Source: a virus
Length of the DNA: 19,203 bases
Virus genome (UHGV): UHGV-0124605
Direction: 5' to 3' (one strand)
Below are positions 1-10,573 of the stretch, piece by piece. Made by a program: the position numbers and the translations under genes. The stretch's first letter is position 1, and each line of letters opens with the position of its first letter. The notes below the pieces were generated by a model. It had not been told where the DNA came from and did no database searches. It worked only from the letters and a program-made list of their open reading frames with translations.

Positions 1-36
1 TGGGCCGGAATCCTGTGTGACAAGGTTCATCACTAA
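1..36 (+). CDS. Possible 3' end of an upstream gene truncated by the window edge (frame 1 reads ...WAGILCDKVHH then TAA at 34-36)
   Basis: Open frame from base 1 to a stop at 34-36, immediately before the Rha RBS. Only 11 codons are visible, so identity is unknown; position in a P22-like genome suggests the end of the lysis cassette. Confidence 0.2.
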   Translation, partial: WAGILCDKVHH

Positions 37-49
37 AAGGTGAGCACTG

Positions 50-592
50 ATGAATTATCCAACTATCGTTAACGGCATCGATTTCCGAGATCTGATTTTT
101 GTGGCAAACAACGATCCGGTTACAGATTCTTTTATGGTGGCAAAAGCATTTGGAAAGCTGCCGAAGAACGTAGTTCGCGACATTGAGCGAACCATAGAAG
201 CTTGCCCTCCTGAGTTTGATACAAAGCTCAACTTTGAGCTTTGCTATAAAAACAATGAGTTACAGAATGGTAAGCCGCAAAAATTCTACCGTCTCCGCAA
301 GGATGGGTTGATGCTTTTGGTTATGTCCTACACCAAAAAAGAAGCAATGCGTATCAAAATTGCTTACATCAACGCATTTAACTGGATGTACGCCATGCTT
401 CAGGTTGGTCATCGTCAATTTGAAGAAGAGAGAAATGCCGTAATGCTGGAGTACATGAAAGAGAAGGATGTTGCCAGCATGTCAGGTCGCCTGCTAAATC
501 GCTGGGGCAAAATTAAGAAGCCACAGCTGATGGCTAGAATTGAACGCCTTGAACAGCACGGGCAAACCGTAATCCCCGGACTCATCAATTAA
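50..592 (+). CDS. rha: Phage regulatory protein, Rha family (antirepressor-like; P22 orf201-like position)
   Basis: 180 aa ORF with RBS AAGGTGAG at 37-44 and ATG at 50. N-terminal region (FMVAKAFGK...NVVRDIERTIE) resembles the Rha-family DNA-binding domain as recalled from memory. Sits upstream of the terminase genes as in P22. Confidence 0.75.
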   Translation: MNYPTIVNGIDFRDLIFVANNDPVTDSFMVAKAFGKLPKNVVRDIERTIEACPPEFDTKLNFELCYKNNELQNGKPQKFYRLRKDGLMLLVMSYTKKEAMRIKIAYINAFNWMYAMLQVGHRQFEEERNAVMLEYMKEKDVASMSGRLLNRWGKIKKPQLMARIERLEQHGQTVIPGLIN

Positions 593-819
593 CGGCAGTA
601 CAGCGAAACAACCCAAGCCAGAAAGTGGGGAAATAACACTGGCAGCCACTGAAAGATGAACCTCCAGCCTTCTGGCAAAAAAGATTCTTTGTGGTGGCGG
701 ACTGATGGAAAGACATCGGTTATTGCAGAGGCCATTCAATGAGTGGTCTCGACAATGGCTTATACCCTACACGGGATAACTTAACTGATATCCCTTTTAA
801 CGGATAAACGGAGCCAACA

Positions 820-1062
820 ATGGCAGAGATTATTCCCATGACTGAAGAACAGAAATTCCAGTTAGAGATTTACAAACTGGTCATGAACCAGAACGCAGCC
901 GCAGAGGAAGCATTTCAATTCATTGGCACTGACGAGCTGAAGCTTGAGCTATTCAAAATTCACTTCCAGTCAGGCGGCGCTAATTCAGATATCACGACCA
1001 GAACTATCGAAGCGGTGCGTAAATCGAAGGAAGCGTTAGACCTGTTCACTACCGGAGCATGA
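820..1062 (+). CDS. Hypothetical small protein (80 aa) between rha and the terminase small subunit
   Basis: ORF with RBS ACGGAG 6-11 nt upstream of ATG at 820. Acidic, helical-looking sequence; a small ORF occupies this position in P22-like genomes. No function recognised. Confidence 0.55.
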   Translation: MAEIIPMTEEQKFQLEIYKLVMNQNAAAEEAFQFIGTDELKLELFKIHFQSGGANSDITTRTIEAVRKSKEALDLFTTGA

Positions 1063-1097
1063 TGCTCAACCTGAAATAACAACTAAGTGAGATGAAT

Positions 1098-1586
1098 ATG
1101 GCAGCACCAAAGGGCAACCGATTTTGGGAGGCCCGCAGTAGTCATGGGCGAAATCCTAAATTCGAATCGCCTGAGGCGCTGTGGGCTGCTTGTTGTGAAT
1201 ACTTCGAGTGGGTGGAAGCTAACCCGCTATGGGAGATGAAGGCGTTCTCGTATCAGGGTGAAGTGATACAAGAGCCTATCGCCAAGATGCGAGCGATGAC
1301 CATTACCGGCCTCACTCTGTTCATTGATGTGACGCTTGAAACATGGCGCACATATCGCCTGCGAGAAGATTTATCTGAAGTCGTTACGCGAGCAGAACAG
1401 GTCATCTACGACCAGAAATTCTCTGGCGCAGCCGCTGACCTTCTCAACGCTAACATCATCGCCCGTGATTTGGGCCTCAAAGAGCAGTCGCAAGTTGAAG
1501 ACGTGACACCTGATAAGGGAGATCGCGATAAGCGGCGCTCTCGTATCAAGGAGCTATTCAACCGTGGAACTGGACGCGATTCTTGA
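1098..1586 (+). CDS. 3: Terminase small subunit (P22 gp3-like, TerS)
   Basis: Translation from the second ATG ([32 protein letters not shown]...) matches P22 gp3 as recalled, 162 aa. The in-frame ATG at 1092 gives a 164 aa alternative. Contains a pac-like sequence and overlaps the TerL start. Confidence 0.92.
   Translation: MAAPKGNRFWEARSSHGRNPKFESPEALWAACCEYFEWVEANPLWEMKAFSYQGEVIQEPIAKMRAMTITGLTLFIDVTLETWRTYRLREDLSEVVTRAEQVIYDQKFSGAAADLLNANIIARDLGLKEQSQVEDVTPDKGDRDKRRSRIKELFNRGTGRDS
1365..1386 (+). other. Candidate pac (packaging initiation) site, P22-type, inside the TerS gene
   Basis: GAAGATTTATCTGAAGTCGTTA at 1365-1386 matches the 22-bp P22 pac site as I recall it, and lies within gene 3 as in P22. 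The match is from memory, not verified. Confidence 0.6.
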
Positions 1587-3063
1587 TAACTTGAGCGACG
1601 AAGAGCAAATCGAATTGCTCGAGCTACTCGAAGAAGAAGAGAACTACCGTAACACACACCTGCTATATGAATTTACGCCATACAGCAAACAGCGTGAGTT
1701 CATCGACGCCGGACATGACTATCCAGAGCGATGTTTTATGGCTGGTAACCAGCTTGGTAAGTCATTTACTGGTGCTGCTGAAGTCGCGTTTCACCTTACC
1801 GGGCGTTATCCGGGCACAAAAGGCTATCCTGCTGATGGTAAATATGGCGGTGAGTGGAAAGGTAAGCGTTTCTATGAGCCTGTTGTCTTCTGGATTGGCG
1901 GCGAGACAAACGAGACTGTAACCAAAACGACTCAACGCATCCTGTGCGGTCGTATCGAAGAGAATGATGAGCCTGGCTACGGTTCCATACCGAAAGAAGA
2001 CATCATTAGCTGGAAGAAGTCTCCTTTCTTTCCGAACCTTGTTGATCACCTTCTGGTTAAGCATCACACGGCTGATGGCGTTGAAGATGGCATTTCAATC
2101 TGCTACTTCAAACCATACTCGCAAGGCCGTGCTCGCTGGCAGGGTGACACAATCCACGGCGTGTGGTTTGACGAAGAGCCACCATACAGCATTTATGGCG
2201 AAGGTCTTACCCGTACCAACAAATACGGGCAATTCTCAATTCTGACGTTTACCCCTCTGATGGGGATGTCTGACGTTGTTACCAAGTTCCTGAAGAATCC
2301 CAGCAAGTCGCAGAAAGTGGTCAACATGACCATCTATGACGCTGAGCACTACACCGACGAGCAGAAAGAGCAAATCATCGCATCCTATCCTGAGCATGAG
2401 AGAGAGGCGCGTGCTCGCGGTATTCCTACGATGGGTAGCGGGCGAATCTTCCAGATACCGGAAGAGACGATTAAGTGTCAGCCGTTCGAGTGCCCTGATC
2501 ACTTTTACGTAATTGGCGGTATGGATTTCGGATGGGATCACCCGCAGGCGCAGGTTCAGCTTTGGTGGGATAAGGACGCAGACACAATCTACGTTTCACG
2601 CGTGTGGAAGGCGAAAGAAAAAACAGCCGTTCAGGCGTGGGGAGCCGTTAAATCTTGGGCGCATAAAGTGCCAACCGCATGGCCTCATGACGGAAACCAG
2701 CACGAGAAGGGCGGCGGTGAGCAGCTTAAAGGGCAGTACGCGGACGCTGGTTTTATGATGTTGCAGGAGCATGCGACATGGCCTGATGGCGGTAATGCTG
2801 TTGAGCCTGGCATCACTGAATTGCGCGACATGATGCTCGATGGACGCTTCAAAGTATTCAACACCTGTGAGCCATTCTTTGAGGAGTTCCGCCTCTATCA
2901 CCGTGATGAAAACGGGAAGATCGTCAAGCTTAACGATGACGTTCTCTCAGCCGTTCGCTATGCATACATGATGCGCCGCTTCGCAAAAATGATGCGCGAC
3001 ATCAAAAAACCAAAAGAGAAAAAGATACCAGCCCCAATCAGGCCCATCGCACGGAGAACTTAA
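1564..3063 (+). CDS. 2: Terminase large subunit (P22 gp2-like, TerL)
   Basis: 499 aa, same length as P22 gp2, with N-terminus [27 protein letters not shown] matching from memory. The start codon at 1564-1566 is GTG and overlaps the last 23 nt of TerS. Confidence 0.95.
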   Translation: MELDAILDNLSDEEQIELLELLEEEENYRNTHLLYEFTPYSKQREFIDAGHDYPERCFMAGNQLGKSFTGAAEVAFHLTGRYPGTKGYPADGKYGGEWKGKRFYEPVVFWIGGETNETVTKTTQRILCGRIEENDEPGYGSIPKEDIISWKKSPFFPNLVDHLLVKHHTADGVEDGISICYFKPYSQGRARWQGDTIHGVWFDEEPPYSIYGEGLTRTNKYGQFSILTFTPLMGMSDVVTKFLKNPSKSQKVVNMTIYDAEHYTDEQKEQIIASYPEHEREARARGIPTMGSGRIFQIPEETIKCQPFECPDHFYVIGGMDFGWDHPQAQVQLWWDKDADTIYVSRVWKAKEKTAVQAWGAVKSWAHKVPTAWPHDGNQHEKGGGEQLKGQYADAGFMMLQEHATWPDGGNAVEPGITELRDMMLDGRFKVFNTCEPFFEEFRLYHRDENGKIVKLNDDVLSAVRYAYMMRRFAKMMRDIKKPKEKKIPAPIRPIARRT

Positions 3064-5229
3064 ATGGCCGACGAAAACAGACTCAATTCCATTCTGTGTA
3101 AGTTTGACGCAGACTGGATGGCGAGCGATGAAGCCAGAACCGAGGCGACAAATGACCTGTATTTTAGCCGAGTGTCGCAATGGGATGACTGGCTATCAAA
3201 CTACACGACCCTGCAATATCGCGGACAATTCGATGTTGTTCGCCCGGTGGTCAGGAAACTGGTCGCAGAGATGCGCCGGAACCCTATCGACGTTCTCTTC
3301 CGACCAAAAGACGGTGCTAATCCTGATGCAGCCGATGTGTTGATGGGGATGTATCGTACTGATATGCGCCATAACACGGCAAAAATTGCCGTTAACGTTG
3401 GCGTTCGTGAGCAGATAGAGTCAGGCGTTGGTGCATGGCGTCTGGTCACGCAGTACGAAGACAACGATCCAACAAGCAACAATCAGGTAATCCGACGCCT
3501 GCCAATCCATGAAGCCTGCTCACACGTCATATGGGACGCCAACAGCAAGCAGATGGATAAGAGCGACGCTAAGCACTGCACGGTGATTAACGCTTTGTCA
3601 CGCAATGGCTGGAAAGAGTTCGCAGAGGATTACGGCATTGATCCTGACACGCTGCCATCTTTCCAGAATCCGAACGATACATGGCTGTTTCCGTGGGTAT
3701 CGAATGATGTCGTCTACGTCGCTGAGTATTACGAGGTAGAAGAGAAGAAGGAGAAAGTCTTCATCTACCGCGACCCGCTGACAGGTGAGCCGGTCAGCTA
3801 TTTCCAGCAGGATATCAAAGACGTCATCGACGACCTGGCTAATCGTGGATTCATTAAGGTAGCAGAGCGTAAGGTCAAGCGTCGGCGTGTGTATAAGTCG
3901 ATCATCACCTGCACGCAGATACTGAAAGACCGCGAGAAGATAGCTGGAGAGCATATCCCAATCGTTCCTGTGTACGGCGAATGGTCATTCGCTGGTGACA
4001 AGGAGTGCTACGAGGGCGTGGTAAGGCTGACGAAAGACGGTCAACGCCTTCGTAACATGATCATGTCGTTCAACGCCGATATTGTTGCTCGTTCACCGAA
4101 GAAGAAACCGACCTTCTTCCCTGAGCAAATCGAAGGCTACGAATACATGTACGGTGGAAATGATGACTATCCGTACTATCTGCAGAACAGGACCGATGAA
4201 AACGGTAACGACCTGCCGATTGGTCCAATCTCCTACATGGAAAACCCTGAAGTGCCGCAAGCCAACGCTTACATGCTTGAGGCTGCCACCAACGCAGTGA
4301 AAGAAGTGGCTAGTCTTGGCGTGGATGCGCAGGCGGCAAATGGTCAGGTCGCTTTCGATACCGTCAATCAACTGAACATGCGGGCAGACCTTGAGACATA
4401 CGTGTTTCAGGATAACCTGGCTACCGCAATGCGACGTGATGGCGAGATTTATGCCTCAATGGTCAACGATATTTATGACGTTCCTCGTCATGTAACGCTG
4501 ACACTTGAAGATGGAAGCGAGAAAGACGTTCAACTCTACGCGCAAGTTGTAGATTACCAGTCCGGTAATGTGGTCACACTCAACGACATTCGCGGTCGCT
4601 ATGAGTGCTATACAGACGTTGGGCCATCCTTCCAGAGCATGAAGGAACAGAACCGCGCAGAGATTCAGGAATTGCTCACTAAGGTTCCGCAAGGTACTCC
4701 AGAGTTCCAGATGCTGATGCTGCAATACTTCACGCTGCTTGACGGTAAAGGCGTCGAGATGATGCGAGAGTACGCGAACAAGCAACTGGTGATGATGGGG
4801 CTTAAGAAACCAGAAACACCTGAAGAGATGGAGATGGTACAGCAGGCTCAACAGCAGCCGCAGCAGCCATCAGCAGAGCAAATTCAGGCGCAGGGTATCC
4901 TTCTGCAAGGTCAGGCTGAATTGCTCAAGGCAGAGAACCAACAGGCGCAGATTCAGGTTGAAGCTGCCAAGGTTGAAGCCCAAAACCAACTCAACGCCGC
5001 GAAGATTGCAGAAATCTTCAACAATATGGACCTCGACAAGCAGGCAGAACTGCGTGAGTACCTCAAGCTCGTAGGTCAATTCCAGCAACAGCGCAGCAAA
5101 GATGCTCGTGCTAACGCTGAGTTGCTTCTTAAAGATGCAGACCAGACTCATTCACAACGCATGGATTTCGCGAATCTTATGCGCCAAGTTCAAATCCCCT
5201 CCGGCGGAGTAGCCGAGACACCTCAATAA
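3064..5229 (+). CDS. 1: Portal protein (P22 gp1-like)
   Basis: 721 aa (P22 gp1 is about 725). Extensive recalled identity to P22 portal, e.g. RVSQWDDWL..., [16 protein letters not shown]..., [27 protein letters not shown]..., and a Q-rich C-terminal barrel region. ATG at 3064 directly follows the TerL TAA. Confidence 0.97.
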   Translation: MADENRLNSILCKFDADWMASDEARTEATNDLYFSRVSQWDDWLSNYTTLQYRGQFDVVRPVVRKLVAEMRRNPIDVLFRPKDGANPDAADVLMGMYRTDMRHNTAKIAVNVGVREQIESGVGAWRLVTQYEDNDPTSNNQVIRRLPIHEACSHVIWDANSKQMDKSDAKHCTVINALSRNGWKEFAEDYGIDPDTLPSFQNPNDTWLFPWVSNDVVYVAEYYEVEEKKEKVFIYRDPLTGEPVSYFQQDIKDVIDDLANRGFIKVAERKVKRRRVYKSIITCTQILKDREKIAGEHIPIVPVYGEWSFAGDKECYEGVVRLTKDGQRLRNMIMSFNADIVARSPKKKPTFFPEQIEGYEYMYGGNDDYPYYLQNRTDENGNDLPIGPISYMENPEVPQANAYMLEAATNAVKEVASLGVDAQAANGQVAFDTVNQLNMRADLETYVFQDNLATAMRRDGEIYASMVNDIYDVPRHVTLTLEDGSEKDVQLYAQVVDYQSGNVVTLNDIRGRYECYTDVGPSFQSMKEQNRAEIQELLTKVPQGTPEFQMLMLQYFTLLDGKGVEMMREYANKQLVMMGLKKPETPEEMEMVQQAQQQPQQPSAEQIQAQGILLQGQAELLKAENQQAQIQVEAAKVEAQNQLNAAKIAEIFNNMDLDKQAELREYLKLVGQFQQQRSKDARANAELLLKDADQTHSQRMDFANLMRQVQIPSGGVAETPQ

Positions 5230-5242
5230 GAGAGAGTTAATC

Positions 5243-6154
5243 ATGAACCCAACCACCGACATTCAGACTTCTGAAGAATTAACCCTGCCCGGCAATCATG
5301 CAGCGGCATCTGCTGATGGCTTAGTTGTCGATAATGCCAACGACAACGCAGGTCAGGAAGAAGGCTTCGAGATTGTCCTGAAAGACGATGAGAAACCAAA
5401 ACAAGACCCGGCAACTAATGCTGAATTTGCCCGTCGCCGCATCGAACGCAAACGCCAGCGTGAGCTTGAGCAGCAGATGGAAGCGGTTAAGCGTGGAGAG
5501 TTGCCGGAGCACCTGCGGGTGAACCCTGAGTTACCAAAACAACCAGACCCTAACGATTATCTTTCCGAAGATGCACTGGCTAAGTACGACTATGACCATA
5601 GCCGCGCACTGGCTGCCTTCCAGCAGGCAAACAGTGAATGGCAGATCAAGGCTATGGACGCACGAAGCCAGGCTGTCGCCGAGCAGGGTCGCAAAACTCA
5701 GGAGTTCACCCAGCAATCAGCGCAATACGTCGAGGCAGCCCGTAAGCACTACGACGCAGCGGAAAAGCTCAATATCCCTGACTATCAGGAGAAAGAGGAC
5801 GCATTCATGCAACTGGTGCCGCCAGCAGTCGGTGCCGACATCATGCGCCTCTTCCCGGAGAAATCCGCTGCTCTCATGTATCACCTTGGTGCTAATCCTG
5901 AGAAAACACGCCAGTTGCTGGCGATGGACGGGCAATCCGCGCTGATTGAACTCACTCGACTGTCAGAACGTTTAACTCTCAAGCCTCGAGCCAAGCCTGT
6001 TTCAGAAGCCCCGTTACCTGATGAACCCATTCAGGGGCACGCTGTTGCTGCAAATATCTCTGCGATTGAAAAGCAGATGGAGGCGGCAGCAAGCAAAGGG
6101 GATGTAGAGACGTACCGCAAGCTCAAGGCGCAACTGAATAAAGGAATTCGATAA
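5243..6154 (+). CDS. 8: Scaffolding protein (P22 gp8-like)
   Basis: 303 aa, same length as P22 gp8. Recalled matches include [21 protein letters not shown] and the C-terminal coat-binding helix-turn-helix region [14 protein letters not shown]. Stop overlaps the coat ATG (TAATG). Confidence 0.93.
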   Translation: MNPTTDIQTSEELTLPGNHAAASADGLVVDNANDNAGQEEGFEIVLKDDEKPKQDPATNAEFARRRIERKRQRELEQQMEAVKRGELPEHLRVNPELPKQPDPNDYLSEDALAKYDYDHSRALAAFQQANSEWQIKAMDARSQAVAEQGRKTQEFTQQSAQYVEAARKHYDAAEKLNIPDYQEKEDAFMQLVPPAVGADIMRLFPEKSAALMYHLGANPEKTRQLLAMDGQSALIELTRLSERLTLKPRAKPVSEAPLPDEPIQGHAVAANISAIEKQMEAAASKGDVETYRKLKAQLNKGIR

Positions 6155-7449
6155 TGGCATTAAATGAAGGTCAACTGGTCACGTATGCTCTGGATGAAAT
6201 CATCGAAACCGTCCAGAACCTGACGCCAATGGCGTCCAAAGTGACAAAATACACCCCTCCGGCAGAATCCATGCAACGTTCAAGCAACACCGTGTGGATG
6301 CCTGTTGAGCAGGAAGCGCCAACCCAGACTGGCTGGGATTTAACTGGCAGCGCAACCGGGATTCTGGAACTCTCCGTGAAATGCAACATGGGCGATCCGG
6401 ATAACGATTTCTTCGAGCTTCGTGCAGATGACCTGCGTGATGAGCGTTCTTACCGTCGCCGCATCCAGGCATCCGCCAAAAAACTGGCGAATAACATTGA
6501 GTCAGCAATTGCCAAACAGGCAACCGAAATGGGCTCACTTGTTGTTCACGATACCCGCGCAATTGGTCCATCTACTGGTCTGTCTGGATGGGATTTTGTT
6601 TCTGATGCAGAGCGCCTGATGTTCTCCCGTGAGCTAAACCGCGATATGGGCATCAGTTACTTCCTGAACCCAGACGATTACCGCAAAGCAGGCCGCAATC
6701 TGGTAGATGGTGACATCTTCGGTCGCGTTCCTGAAGAAGCGTATCGCAACGGTACTATTCAGCGTCAGATTGCTGGCTTTGATGAAATTCTTCGTTCACC
6801 GAAACTTCCGGCAGTTACCAAGTCAACCGCTACTGGTGTAACTGTTTCTGGTGCGCAGAAGTTTAAGCCGCAGGCATACACCCTTGATACCGATGGTAAC
6901 AAAGAGAACGTCGACAACCGTGTTGCAACGGTGACCGTATCCTCCACCACCGGATTTAAGCGCGGCGACAAAATAAGCTTCACTGGTGTGAAGTTCCTGT
7001 CTCAGATGGCGAAGAATGTGCTGACTGATGACGCGACTTTCTCAATCACCCGTGTGATCGATAGTACTCACATCGAAATCACGCCGAAGCCGATTGCGCT
7101 GGATGACGCGTCACTGACAAAAGAAGAGAAGGCTTACGCTAACGTAAACACCTCTCTTGCTGATACCACTCCGGTAAACGTTCTGAACGTGGCAACAACC
7201 ACCGCTAACGTGTTCTGGGCTGATGACTCAATCCGTCTGCTATCTCAGCCGATCCCGGTAACCCATGAACTGTTTGCTGGCATGAAAACGTCTTCCTTCA
7301 GCATTCCTGGTATTGGTGTTAACGGCATCTTCGCAACGCAGGGTGATATCAACACTCTGTCTGGTAAGTGCCGTATTGCTGTGTGGTATTCAGCATGTGC
7401 TGTACGACCAGAGGCAATTGGTGTTGGTCTGCCTAACCAGACTGCGTGA
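6154..7449 (+). CDS. 5: Major capsid (coat) protein (P22 gp5-like, HK97 fold)
   Basis: 431 aa (P22 gp5 is 430). MALNEGQ...[20 protein letters not shown]...RGDKISF.GVKFL.QMAKNVL...[12 protein letters not shown] matches P22 coat from memory. Confidence 0.97.
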   Translation: MALNEGQLVTYALDEIIETVQNLTPMASKVTKYTPPAESMQRSSNTVWMPVEQEAPTQTGWDLTGSATGILELSVKCNMGDPDNDFFELRADDLRDERSYRRRIQASAKKLANNIESAIAKQATEMGSLVVHDTRAIGPSTGLSGWDFVSDAERLMFSRELNRDMGISYFLNPDDYRKAGRNLVDGDIFGRVPEEAYRNGTIQRQIAGFDEILRSPKLPAVTKSTATGVTVSGAQKFKPQAYTLDTDGNKENVDNRVATVTVSSTTGFKRGDKISFTGVKFLSQMAKNVLTDDATFSITRVIDSTHIEITPKPIALDDASLTKEEKAYANVNTSLADTTPVNVLNVATTTANVFWADDSIRLLSQPIPVTHELFAGMKTSSFSIPGIGVNGIFATQGDINTLSGKCRIAVWYSACAVRPEAIGVGLPNQTA

Positions 7450-7455
7450 TAACCA

Positions 7456-7480
7456 GAGGGAGCTTCGGCTCCCTTTTTTA
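7456..7480 (+). terminator. Rho-independent terminator-like hairpin just after the coat gene
   Basis: GGGAGC (7458-7463), loop TTCG, GCTCCC (7468-7473), then TTTTTT (7474-7479). A GC-rich perfect stem with a T-tract, 7 nt after the coat stop. Likely a partial terminator or RNA-stability element that raises coat/scaffold stoichiometry. Confidence 0.6.
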
Positions 7481-7493
7481 TCTGGAGACAAAC

Positions 7494-7724
7494 ATGACAC
7501 ACATGATCTTTCGTCATGGCGACATGAAGAAGTGGAAAGGCGTTGGCTACGACTTTGAAATCGTGAAAGCCGAAGAGATTCAGGAATATCTGGATGCTGG
7601 TTGGTTTGCACATCCAGATGACCTTCTTAAGGATGTTGCAGAGCCAGAGCCAGAAGAAAAACAGCGTAAAAAGCCTGGTCGAAAACCTAAGGCGGCAGCA
7701 GATGAACCTGACAACGAAGGGTGA
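7494..7724 (+). CDS. Hypothetical small charged protein (76 aa) between coat and gp4
   Basis: ATG at 7494 preceded by GGAG (7484-7487). The C-terminus is highly charged ([26 protein letters not shown]). Overlaps the gp4 start by 23 nt in another frame. No homolog recognised. Confidence 0.45.
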   Translation: MTHMIFRHGDMKKWKGVGYDFEIVKAEEIQEYLDAGWFAHPDDLLKDVAEPEPEEKQRKKPGRKPKAAADEPDNEG

Positions 7725-8202
7725 TTTAGTTCTTGCGGCATTACGTAAGCTCGGTGTGGCATCAAATGCCACGTTAACAGATGTCGAACCGCAGTCTATG
7801 GAAGACGGCGTCAACGACCTTGAAATGATGATGGCTGAATGGCTTGGCGGTGATGCGTCACCTGGTATCAACGTTGGCTACATTTTTGCTGATGCAGATG
7901 TTGCTCCGGATCCGGGCGATGAGCACGGTTTATCAAATAACGCTATCAATGCCGTCATTTTCAACCTTGCCTGCCGCATTGCTCCAGATTATGCGCTGGA
8001 AGCGTCTGCAAAACTTATAACCACTGCCAGATACGGGAAAGAGCGACTCGTCAAACTGTCTGCAATGGACAGAGCAAAAGCCGCTAAATGTAAGTCCGGT
8101 TATCCAAACCGTATGCCTGTTGGTAGCGGTAACCAGTTGGCGAAGTGGAATGGTTGGAATTACTTCCACCGAAAGGAACCTTGCGATAACGGGAGCGAAT
8201 AA
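7702..8202 (+). CDS. 4: Head-tail adaptor / head completion protein (P22 gp4-like)
   Basis: 166 aa from the ATG at 7702, the same length as P22 gp4. [28 protein letters not shown]...DLE.MMAEW and [16 protein letters not shown] match from memory. The ORF-track upstream extension to 7594 is probably not translated. Confidence 0.9.
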   Translation: MNLTTKGDLVLAALRKLGVASNATLTDVEPQSMEDGVNDLEMMMAEWLGGDASPGINVGYIFADADVAPDPGDEHGLSNNAINAVIFNLACRIAPDYALEASAKLITTARYGKERLVKLSAMDRAKAAKCKSGYPNRMPVGSGNQLAKWNGWNYFHRKEPCDNGSE

Positions 8203-9620
8203 TGCCGATTCAGCAACTTCCGCTTATGAAAGGTGTCGGCAAAGACTTCCGAAACGCCGACTATATCGACTATCTGCCAGTGAATATGTTGGCTACACCC
8301 AAAGAAATCCTTAACAGCAGCGGATATCTTCGCTCATTCCCGGGCATTGCCAAACGTTCTGATGTGAATGGTGTATCTCGAGGCGTCGAGTACAACATGG
8401 CGCAGAGTGCTGTTTATCGCGTGTGTGGTGGCAAGCTGTACAAAGGAGAAAGTGAAGTCGGTGACGTTGCCGGAAGTGGTCGCGTATCAATGGCGCATGG
8501 TCGGACATCACAGGCGGTAGGGGTTAACGGGAAACTGGTCGAGTATCGCTATGATGGCACGGTTAAAACCGTCTCAAACTGGCCTACAGACAGCGGATTC
8601 ACTCAGTATGAGTTAGGTTCAGTTCGCGACATTACGCGCTTGCGTGGGCGTTATGCGTGGTCAAAAGACGGTACTGATTCATGGTTCATCACTGACCTTG
8701 AAGACGAATCTCATCCTGACCGTTACAGCGCACAATATCGTGCCGAGTCTCAGCCTGACGGAATCATCGGCATCGGAACATGGCGAGACTTCATCGTCTG
8801 CTTTGGTTCATCGACGATTGAATATTTCTCCCTGACTGGTGCAACCACCGTTGGTGCTGCTTTGTATGTCGCACAGCCATCACTGATGGTGCAGAAAGGC
8901 ATTGCCGGGACTTACTGCAAAACGCCATTCGCTGATTCGTATGCGTTCATCAGCAATCCGGCAACAGGTGCGCCGTCTGTGTACATCATCGGTTCCGGTC
9001 AGGTATCACCAATCGCCAGCGCGAGCATTGAGAAAATACTACGCTCCTACACTGCTGATGAACTGGCTGATGGCGTGATGGAATCGTTGCGGTTTGATGC
9101 TCATGAGTTGCTGATTATCCACCTTCCGCGCCATGTTCTCGTGTACGACGCATCTTCAAGCGCTAATGGTCCGCAATGGTGTGTGCTGAAAACAGGCCTG
9201 TATGACGATGTGTACCGCGCTATCGACTTCATTTACGAAGGCAATCAGATAACGTGCGGAGATAAGCTGGAATCGGTTACCGGCAAATTGCAGTTCGATA
9301 TCAGCAGCCAGTACGACAAGCAGCAGGAACACCTGCTGTTTACTCCGTTGTTCAAAGCGGATAACGCCAGATGCTTCGATCTGGAGGTGGAATCATCCAC
9401 TGGCGTAGCTCAGTACGCCGATCGACTGTTCCTCTCTGCAACCACTGACGGAATCAATTACGGGCGTGAGCAGATGATTGAGCAGAATGAACCGTTCGTT
9501 TACGACAAACGCGTTTTGTGGAAGAAAGTAGGGCGCATCAGGAAAAACATTGGTTTCAAATTGCGCGTTATCACGAAGTCACCTGTAACTCTGTCTGGCT
9601 GCCAGATAAGGATTGAGTAA
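8202..9620 (+). CDS. 10: Tail accessory / packaged-DNA stabilization protein (P22 gp10-like)
   Basis: 472 aa, the same length as P22 gp10, in the syntenic position between gp4 and the tail needle. Start overlaps the gp4 stop (TAATG). Confidence 0.88.
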   Translation: MPIQQLPLMKGVGKDFRNADYIDYLPVNMLATPKEILNSSGYLRSFPGIAKRSDVNGVSRGVEYNMAQSAVYRVCGGKLYKGESEVGDVAGSGRVSMAHGRTSQAVGVNGKLVEYRYDGTVKTVSNWPTDSGFTQYELGSVRDITRLRGRYAWSKDGTDSWFITDLEDESHPDRYSAQYRAESQPDGIIGIGTWRDFIVCFGSSTIEYFSLTGATTVGAALYVAQPSLMVQKGIAGTYCKTPFADSYAFISNPATGAPSVYIIGSGQVSPIASASIEKILRSYTADELADGVMESLRFDAHELLIIHLPRHVLVYDASSSANGPQWCVLKTGLYDDVYRAIDFIYEGNQITCGDKLESVTGKLQFDISSQYDKQQEHLLFTPLFKADNARCFDLEVESSTGVAQYADRLFLSATTDGINYGREQMIEQNEPFVYDKRVLWKKVGRIRKNIGFKLRVITKSPVTLSGCQIRIE

Positions 9621-10573
9621 TGGCTGATTCGAATCTCAATGAGCCAGTAATCATCCAGGCTACGCGGCTCGATACATCAGTCCTTCCACGCAATATCTTC
9701 TCTCAGTCGTATCTGCTTTACGTTATTGCACAGGGTACTGATGTTGGTAATGTGGCTAACAAGGCCAACGAAGCAGGGAAGGGGGCTTATGATGCACAGG
9801 TGAAGAATGATGAGCAGGATGTCACCCTTGCAGACCATGAATCCAGAATTGCTGCTGCTGAAGCAACTCTCGTCAATCATGAACATAGAATCGCAGCAGC
9901 GGAAAGCACTCTTGCAGATCATGAAACAAGGATTACGGCTGCCGAAACAGAGCTGGCTGATCACGAGACGCGAATTGCTGCCAATGAATCTGAGTTAGCA
10001 AACCATGATGCGCGAATAACTCAGAATACAACCGATATCAACGCACTTGATACCAGGCTCACAGCGGCAGAGGGAAGTATTTCGACGCTACAAAGCACAG
10101 TTGGTGATCACTCAACAAGAATATCTGCGCTTGAGTATGCCACCACGCGCAAGAAATCAGAGGTTGTTTACTCAGGAGTATCGGTAACCATTCCAACAAC
10201 GCCGACCAACCTTGTTAGCCTGCTGAAAACGCTCACGCCGTCATCCGGGACGTTGGCACCATTCTTCGATACTGATAACAACAAGATGGTTGTGTTCAAC
10301 GAGAATAAAACGCTGTTCTTCAAGTTGTCTATTGTCGGGACGTGGCCCAGCGGAACCGCCAACAGATCAATGCAACTAACCTTTTCCGGCTCTGTTCCTG
10401 ACACACTTGTGAGCAGTCGTAATGCGGCGACAACAACCGATAACATCCTGTTAGCTACGTTCTTCAGCGTGGATAAAGACGGCTTTCTTGCCACAAATGG
10501 CAGTACGTTAACCATTCAGTCAAATGGTGCGGCGTTTACTGCCACAACCATCAAGATAATCGCGGAGCAGTAA
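9620..10573 (+). CDS. 26: Tail needle / cell-envelope-penetrating plug protein (P22 gp26-like) with extended coiled coil and distinct C-terminal domain
   Basis: N-terminus [43 protein letters not shown]... matches the gp26 N-terminal tail-hub-binding region from memory. It is followed by 14-residue tandem repeats and a non-P22 C-terminal region. 317 aa versus about 233 in P22. Confidence 0.9.
   Translation: MADSNLNEPVIIQATRLDTSVLPRNIFSQSYLLYVIAQGTDVGNVANKANEAGKGAYDAQVKNDEQDVTLADHESRIAAAEATLVNHEHRIAAAESTLADHETRITAAETELADHETRIAANESELANHDARITQNTTDINALDTRLTAAEGSISTLQSTVGDHSTRISALEYATTRKKSEVVYSGVSVTIPTTPTNLVSLLKTLTPSSGTLAPFFDTDNNKMVVFNENKTLFFKLSIVGTWPSGTANRSMQLTFSGSVPDTLVSSRNAATTTDNILLATFFSVDKDGFLATNGSTLTIQSNGAAFTATTIKIIAEQ
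9827..10036 (+). repeat. In-frame tandem 42-bp (14-codon) repeats encoding the needle coiled coil
   Basis: Five clear units: [14 protein letters not shown] / [14 protein letters not shown] / [14 protein letters not shown] / [14 protein letters not shown] / [14 protein letters not shown]. Degenerate units continue to about 10140. Confidence 0.75.

Noticed and set aside
592-819. 227-bp gap between rha and the small ORF, examined for promoter, terminator or small RNA
   Set aside because: No convincing hairpin with T-tract or consensus promoter elements found by eye; the - strand ORF 494-739 overlaps rha and looks spurious.
1667-2541. Several 80-100 aa ORFs on both strands inside the large terminase gene
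   Set aside because: All fall within the 499-aa TerL frame, which has full-length similarity to P22 gp2; alternative frames lack starts with RBS.
3598-3954. 118-aa ORF on the - strand inside the portal gene (similar shadow ORFs at 4456-4851, 4870-5151 and 4093-4371)
   Set aside because: Entirely embedded antisense within a confidently identified, conserved portal gene; no RBS or recognisable protein features. Typical shadow ORFs.
4846-4900. CAG/CAA-rich low-complexity stretch ([19 protein letters not shown]) that could be mistaken for a simple repeat or slippery tract
   Set aside because: It encodes the Gln-rich C-terminal region of the portal protein, a known feature of P22-type portals; in frame and not a tandem DNA repeat.
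7245-7871. 208-aa ORF on the - strand spanning the coat 3' end, the terminator and the gp4 start
   Set aside because: Antisense to three supported + strand features including a hairpin terminator; Cys/Arg/Leu-rich translation typical of a non-coding frame.
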